DNA of 64,000 bases from a bacterium (GTDB lineage: Bacteria > Patescibacteriota > UBA1384 > JAGGWG01). Positions 59,682-64,000 of this stretch are shown here, piece by piece. The position numbers were made by a program, and so were the translations under genes. The notes beneath the pieces are model-generated. The model did not search any database. It worked only from the letters and a program-made list of their open reading frames with translations, and had not been told where the DNA came from. The stretch lies in NCBI GenBank assembly GCA_021157605.1, contig JAGGWG010000006.1:2387-66386 (forward strand), read 5' to 3'. Each line of letters opens with the position of its first letter. The first letter of the stretch is position 1.

Positions 59682-61278
59682 TTTGTCTCCCTAAACGCTT
59701 TAAGTTATGCTTAATTTTTCTTTCTAGCTTCCTCGACTCCTTGAAATATTTTTCTAATTGCTTCGTCAATTTTTTCATCTTCTTCTCAAACGGTATGCCG
59801 TCGTCTTCTTCGGGCTTAATACCCACATATCTTCCCGGCGTCAAAACATAACCTGCTTTTCTAATTTCTTCGATAGTGACTGCCTTACAAAATCCTGGCT
59901 CATCCTTGTATTTTCCGGCTCCCTTTTCTCCCCGCCAAGCTCTAACAGTATCAGCGATTTTCTGAATCTGCTTGTCAGTGATCACATATTGTTTTCTGGA
60001 AATTGGCTCATACATTTCGCGCGCATCAATAAACAAAGTTTCACCACGACGGTCTCTAAATCTTTTATTTCTTTTGTCTTTGGTCAAAAACCAAAGAGAG
60101 ACCGGCAATGAAACGTTGTAGAAAAGTTTGGGCGGACAGGCAATAATTACGTCTACCAAATCATCTCTAATAATTCTTTTTCTAATTTCGCCTTCTTTGC
60201 CTCCCACAGCCAGGGCGCCATTTGCCATCACAAAACCAGCTACTCCGCCGGGAGCCAAGTGGTAAACAAAGTGCTGGATCCACATAAAGTTTGCGTTGCT
60301 GTTAGGAGGAAGACCATATTTGATCCTTGGATCTTTCTGAATTCTATCTGCGCCCCAATCTGAAAAGTTAAAGGGGGGATTGGAAATTACAATATCTGCT
60401 CGGAGATCAGGGAATTTGTCATTGTGGTAAGAATCGCCTTGTTCAACGTGGGCGATGATCCCTCTAATTGCCAAATTCATTTGGCAAAGCCGCCAGGTGG
60501 TTGAGTTTTTTTCTTGGCCATAAAAGTTTATTTTGCTGGGATCTTTTTTGTGCATTTCAATAAATTTTCTGCTTTGGATAAACATACCTCCGCTTCCGCA
60601 GGCTGGGTCAAAAACCCGACAGTTTTCATAGGGCTCCAAAATCTCTATCAGTAACTTTACTAAACATCGAGGCGTGTAGAATTCGCCACCTCTTTTGCCC
60701 TCTGCAGAAGCAAACTGACCAATGAAATACTCATAGATTCTTCCCAAGAGATCTTTGTCTTTTTCTTTTTGTTCTTGAATCTTGCTAAAGAGATTGATCA
60801 GCTCGCCTAGAATTCTGGGTTCTAAATCTCTGACTCGCGTGTACTCCACAAAAATTTTAGGCAGAACACCTTTTAGTTGAGGGTTTTCTTGTTCTATTAA
60901 TTCCATTGCCTTGTCTAGCTTACGAGCAATATCAGAGGAGGTAGCGTTTTCTTGAAGATAGGACCATCGGGCTTCTGGGGGAATATAAAAAATGCCCTGG
61001 CTAAGGTAAGAATCTTTGTCTTCAGTAATAGCTTCTCGAGCTTGAGGCGTAGGGGCGTAATAGGGGCTGTTTTTGTCTTGGGTGGCTTTTTCGAGAAATC
61101 TCTTTCGCTTATCAAAAGCCTCAGAAATGTATTTTAAAAAGATCAATCCCAAAACAATATGTTTGTATTCAGAGGCATCCATGCTGCCTCGCAGCTTGTC
61201 AGCTGCTTGCCAAAGTTGGTTTTCAAAATCGATGTCTTTCATTTCTGCTATCTTAGCAGATTTACCCCTAAAAATCAA
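59674..61278 (-). CDS. hsdM: Type I restriction-modification N6-adenine DNA methyltransferase subunit
   Basis: It has an N-terminal HsdM_N helix domain, the motif I region FDPACGSGGMF and motif IV NPPFNFSDW. Confidence 0.9.
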   Translation of the reverse strand: MIFRGKSAKIAEMKDIDFENQLWQAADKLRGSMDASEYKHIVLGLIFLKYISEAFDKRKRFLEKATQDKNSPYYAPTPQAREAITEDKDSYLSQGIFYIPPEARWSYLQENATSSDIARKLDKAMELIEQENPQLKGVLPKIFVEYTRVRDLEPRILGELINLFSKIQEQKEKDKDLLGRIYEYFIGQFASAEGKRGGEFYTPRCLVKLLIEILEPYENCRVFDPACGSGGMFIQSRKFIEMHKKDPSKINFYGQEKNSTTWRLCQMNLAIRGIIAHVEQGDSYHNDKFPDLRADIVISNPPFNFSDWGADRIQKDPRIKYGLPPNSNANFMWIQHFVYHLAPGGVAGFVMANGALAVGGKEGEIRKRIIRDDLVDVIIACPPKLFYNVSLPVSLWFLTKDKRNKRFRDRRGETLFIDAREMYEPISRKQYVITDKQIQKIADTVRAWRGEKGAGKYKDEPGFCKAVTIEEIRKAGYVLTPGRYVGIKPEEDDGIPFEKKMKKLTKQLEKYFKESRKLERKIKHNLKRLGRQNA

Positions 61279-61346
61279 TCTTGATTTTTGGAATAAATAT
61301 TGTGTAATTTGGGCTGGTTTTGGGGGTGAAAGTAGTGTTAGGGCTT

Positions 61347-61378
61347 AAAACAAAAACCTTCGCAAAGTATTGCGAAGG
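61347..61378 (-). terminator. Rho-independent terminator separating the zinc-ribbon genes from the hsdM operon
   Basis: A perfect 9-bp stem CCTTCGCAA / TTGCGAAGG with a 4-nt loop is followed on the minus strand by a U-rich run (plus AAAACAAAAA). Confidence 0.6.
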
Positions 61379-61391
61379 TGAATTGATTGGG

Positions 61392-61559
61392 TTAATCCTC
61401 TCTGCTGCTAGTGAGCTGCCCCCATTCTTTTTCTCCATAAACGACTTTTCCGCAACGGGGACAGCGGTAAACCACTGTTGTCAGGTTGTCCCTGACAGTA
61501 GTGGTTCCCCCTTTTTGGAGGAGAGTTTCACAATTTGGGCAGTGGTCATGATGATCCAT
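61392..61559 (-). CDS. 55-aa zinc-ribbon protein (CPNC...CPRC), not in the supplied ORF track
   Basis: My hand translation gives MDHHDHCPNCETLLQKGGTTTVRDNLTTVVYRCPRCGKVVYGEKEWGQLTSSRED. It lies in a G+C-rich patch and is the first of three tandem zinc-ribbon ORFs. Confidence 0.35.
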   Translation of the reverse strand: MDHHDHCPNCETLLQKGGTTTVRDNLTTVVYRCPRCGKVVYGEKEWGQLTSSRED

Positions 61560-61578
61560 ATCTTGCCTCCCCGGACTT

Positions 61579-61935
61579 TTAGTCTCCCGGCAGAAAAGGA
61601 TGGTTGCCTTTTTCTTCCACGGTCTCGATCAAAGTGATAATGATGACTATTGGTAATAAGAAGAGGTAAAGGCACATTCCTCCAAATTTCTGCAGAGCGA
61701 ATCTTATTCGCCATTCTGCGGGAGCAATGAGTCTGTTCCAAAAATACAGGCTCGCGCTGTAGCGAATTACTTGTTCCGGAGGTATTGCGAGTATTCTTCG
61801 CTCTATGACTTCCACGAAATGATGACACCGGTTACAAAAATAACGATTTACTTTGGTGTCTCCTGATTCTAGTATTGGTTCTACGAACTGCAAAAAGTTA
61901 TTGCACCGTTCACATCTTATTTCAGCACCTCTCAT
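61579..61935 (-). CDS. Zinc-ribbon protein with a hydrophobic C-terminal region (paralog A)
   Basis: It has CERC...CNRC, then LYFWNRLIAPAEW, then a C-terminal TM (LYLFLLPIVIIITLI). Confidence 0.45.
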   Translation of the reverse strand: MRGAEIRCERCNNFLQFVEPILESGDTKVNRYFCNRCHHFVEVIERRILAIPPEQVIRYSASLYFWNRLIAPAEWRIRFALQKFGGMCLYLFLLPIVIIITLIETVEEKGNHPFLPGD

Positions 61936-62282
61936 TTTAATACCTCCTCTTCTTCGTAATCGTTTTCGCGCGAGATGAGATCCATAACATAATCAACTGT
62001 AAACAAAGGCACAATGATAGAAAGGAGACCCAACTCCCTTATTTCTTCGAGGGCGAAAGATACCCCCCATGCCAAAGGAGCAACCAGCTTTCTCCAAAAA
62101 TAAAGTGTTGGGCCACACCTTTTTTGCTCTGTGAGAGTAAGATTGAGACCAGGATCGTACCACGATATTACCTCAACATATTCATTGCAATTGCCGCAAT
62201 AATAACGCTCAATGTCTTTGTCGTCGAGACTGAGTATAGTCTCGACGAATCGCAGTAACTTCCCGCATTTGTCGCACTTCAT
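61932..62282 (-). CDS. Zinc-ribbon protein with a hydrophobic C-terminal region (paralog B)
   Basis: It has CDKC...CGNC, then LYFWRKLVAPLAW, then a hydrophobic helix. It aligns colinearly with paralog A and overlaps it by 4 nt. Confidence 0.45.
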   Translation of the reverse strand: MKCDKCGKLLRFVETILSLDDKDIERYYCGNCNEYVEVISWYDPGLNLTLTEQKRCGPTLYFWRKLVAPLAWGVSFALEEIRELGLLSIIVPLFTVDYVMDLISRENDYEEEEVLK

Positions 62283-62355
62283 TATTGTGATACCCCCTTT
62301 TGGTAAAGTGCTTTTCTCACCATAGGAGAAACAGGGACAAAATGCAAGTTTATAG

Positions 62356-63165
62356 TCAGCTGGCTATATCCCGTTTAGAAAAAACTATAATGGCCAAGAG
62401 GGTAAAAAGTATTGCTACTCCCAGAAAAACCCAAACAGCCAAGTTTTCAATCTGATTATTAATTAGAGCTTGGCTGGGATCGTAATAATGGAAAAAAGAG
62501 AAGTATTTTGTCTTGTTCCATTCGTTTTTTAGGGAAGAGACAATGTTGACTACATACATTGCTACAATAATAGCTACAGAGACAAAATAGACCTTTCCTT
62601 TTTCAGAAAATAAAGCAGAAAAAAACATAGCTAAACTAAAGGTTGCCCAACCTAATAAAAAGCCAACAATAGCCAAACTTAAATAATGGGAAGTTTGGAA
62701 CTCTATATTATAAAGAGAGGCCAAAGGGATAGCTGAAAAAATAGAAATAGCGGTAAAAACTATCAGGGCTGAAATGCCTGATAAGTATTTAGCCAAAAAG
62801 ATTTTGAGGCGGGATATGGGCTGGGATAACAAAATCTCAATAGTCTTTTTTTCTATTTCTCCGGCAATTGAGGAGCCTGCCCAAGAAATAGTTAAAGCAA
62901 AGAGCATTATCGGCCAAACAAAGCTAAACTGCTCTACAGACAGAAAGTTTTCCAGCTTGGTAAAAGAAAGCTCAGGAGATTCAATATCAAAAGCCTTAAG
63001 TAAGGATTCCGGATAAGTCTTCATTAGTTCTTGCAACTGTTGCGCCTGTTCCTTGATCGAGGGAAAGAGAGCGACATACATCCATAGAAGGAGAATTCCG
63101 GCTAAACAGTAAGCCAAAATAGTGTATTTTCTATCTTTAATTGTGCGCCAGAATAAAGCAAGCAT
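62356..63165 (-). CDS. ABC-2 family transporter permease
   Basis: 269 aa with six hydrophobic helices. It is adjacent to an ABC ATPase. Confidence 0.55.
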   Translation of the reverse strand: MLALFWRTIKDRKYTILAYCLAGILLLWMYVALFPSIKEQAQQLQELMKTYPESLLKAFDIESPELSFTKLENFLSVEQFSFVWPIMLFALTISWAGSSIAGEIEKKTIEILLSQPISRLKIFLAKYLSGISALIVFTAISIFSAIPLASLYNIEFQTSHYLSLAIVGFLLGWATFSLAMFFSALFSEKGKVYFVSVAIIVAMYVVNIVSSLKNEWNKTKYFSFFHYYDPSQALINNQIENLAVWVFLGVAILFTLLAIIVFSKRDIAS

Positions 63166-63166
63166 T

Positions 63167-64000
63167 TTATTTTTTATTTTTGTAAAATTCTAAAAATATC
63201 TCTTCCAGTGAAGCTTGAGCAATCTCTATATTTTTCAACCGATAACGGGCGAGTTTTTTAAGCAAAGGGTTGATGTCTTCTTTGATTTGCAAAATCAAAC
63301 TCTCTGAATTTTGGTGAATAATTTTTGTGTTTTTCAGCTGAAAGTCCTCTTTCTTAAAGGTTGAATCAAAATTAATTTTTGCCTGATAGATTTTCCTTTT
63401 CTTCAAATCAGCAATAGTTTCTGTAGCAATAAGTTTCCCTTTTTTAATAATTCCTACCCGCGTGCAGACATTTTCTACTTCATGAAGGTTGTGGGAAGAC
63501 ATAAAAATTGTGCTTCCATTTTGTTGGAGTTCTCTTAAAATTCCGTAGATTGTATTTTGCAAAAGAGGGTCAAGACCGGCTGTCGGCTCATCTAAAATGA
63601 TTACTTTTGGCTGGTGCATTAAAGCGAGAATGAGGTTTAATTTTTGTTTGTTGCCAGTAGAAAGAGTTTTGACTTTAGGTAAAGGATTAAAATCCAATTT
63701 TTTTATCAGCTTATCGCGCAGAGGCGCTTTGCCTTTAATTTTTTCCAAAAGATTGATGTGTTCATAGCCGTTCCAATTGTCATAAAGCTCGGCTTCACTT
63801 GATAGATAACCGACATATTTTTTAAGTTGGACAGATTCTTCTTGGGCGTCGTAATTTAAAATTTTAATAGAGCCTGCAGTGGGAGAAACAAAATTCATCA
63901 TACACCTGATAGTGGTAGTTTTGCCTGCTCCATTTGGGCCCAGAAAGCCGAAGATCTCTCCTTTTTTAACAACAAAAGAGATGCCGTCTATTGCTTTGAT
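63167..64000 (-). CDS. ABC transporter ATP-binding protein (5' end beyond window)
   Basis: The Walker A motif GPNGAGKTT is found by reverse translation of 63925-63951. The signature LSTGNKQKLNL, the Walker B motif VIILDEPTAGLD and an H-loop are present. The C-terminal ~90 aa form an accessory domain. Confidence 0.85.
   Translation of the reverse strand: MKAIDGISFVVKKGEIFGFLGPNGAGKTTTIRCMMNFVSPTAGSIKILNYDAQEESVQLKKYVGYLSSEAELYDNWNGYEHINLLEKIKGKAPLRDKLIKKLDFNPLPKVKTLSTGNKQKLNLILALMHQPKVIILDEPTAGLDPLLQNTIYGILRELQQNGSTIFMSSHNLHEVENVCTRVGIIKKGKLIATETIADLKKRKIYQAKINFDSTFKKEDFQLKNTKIIHQNSESLILQIKEDINPLLKKLARYRLKNIEIAQASLEEIFLEFYKNKK

Noticed and set aside
61481-61828. 115-aa minus-strand ORF
   Set aside because: It is an alternative frame overlapping zinc-ribbon paralog A and the 55-aa ribbon ORF. 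Its translation is Arg/Ser-rich with no motif, whereas the overlapping frames have paired CxxC motifs and a paralog.
1-64000. CRISPR array, rRNA, tRNA or tmRNA
   Set aside because: I scanned all intergenic gaps over 80 bp (10668-10761, 16917-17037, 33720-33809, 41862-41982, 43119-43372, 49630-49880, 51562-51684, 52489-52666, 61279-61391). I found no repeat-spacer periodicity and no cloverleaf-compatible G+C-rich segments. Only terminator hairpins were seen.

Overview
This is a dense, low-G+C bacterial chromosomal segment, roughly 35-38% G+C by eye. Genes lie on both strands, and many adjacent genes overlap at stop/start. From the gene content and style I infer a small-genome, Patescibacteria/CPR-like organism, but this is not proven. 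Layout: (i) 1-6.8 kb holds a VirB4 / PrgI-like / VirB6-like type-IV-secretion or competence-like membrane cluster. The VirB4 reading frame is split here. (ii) 7.5-48 kb is a housekeeping block: valS, tsaD, femAB-like, murE-like, polA, holA-like, rpsT, lepB, rpsO, pnp, a family-4 UDG, rnj, ftsK, rodZ-like, recA, recX, pyk, ppsA, rpmA, dnaE, mraY-like, ndk, an M16 peptidase, uppP, yfiH/pgeF-like, dnaG and rpoD. This block contains a ~1.2 kb compositionally foreign insert (42.0-43.1 kb) that is visibly more G+C-rich. The insert encodes a YkgJ-type Cys-rich protein and a NYN-domain protein and is followed by a 250-bp AT-rich spacer. (iii) 48.9-61.3 kb is a defence island. It contains an orphan Cas4/RecB-like PD-(D/E)XK nuclease, a HEPN-motif protein with two membrane proteins, and a complete Type I restriction-modification operon. 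Four non-canonical genes are embedded in that operon: a small GIY-YIG nuclease, a tail-anchored membrane protein and a ~300-aa unknown between hsdM and hsdS, and a KAP-family P-loop NTPase between hsdS and hsdR, the slot prrC occupies in the prrABCD system. These embedded genes are the best candidates for an undescribed RM-coupled defence module. (iv) 61.4-64 kb holds three tandem zinc-ribbon paralogs and an ABC-2 transporter that runs off the window end. I did not see any CRISPR array, rRNA or tRNA gene. All calls rest on reading the motifs in the supplied translations. No database searches were run.
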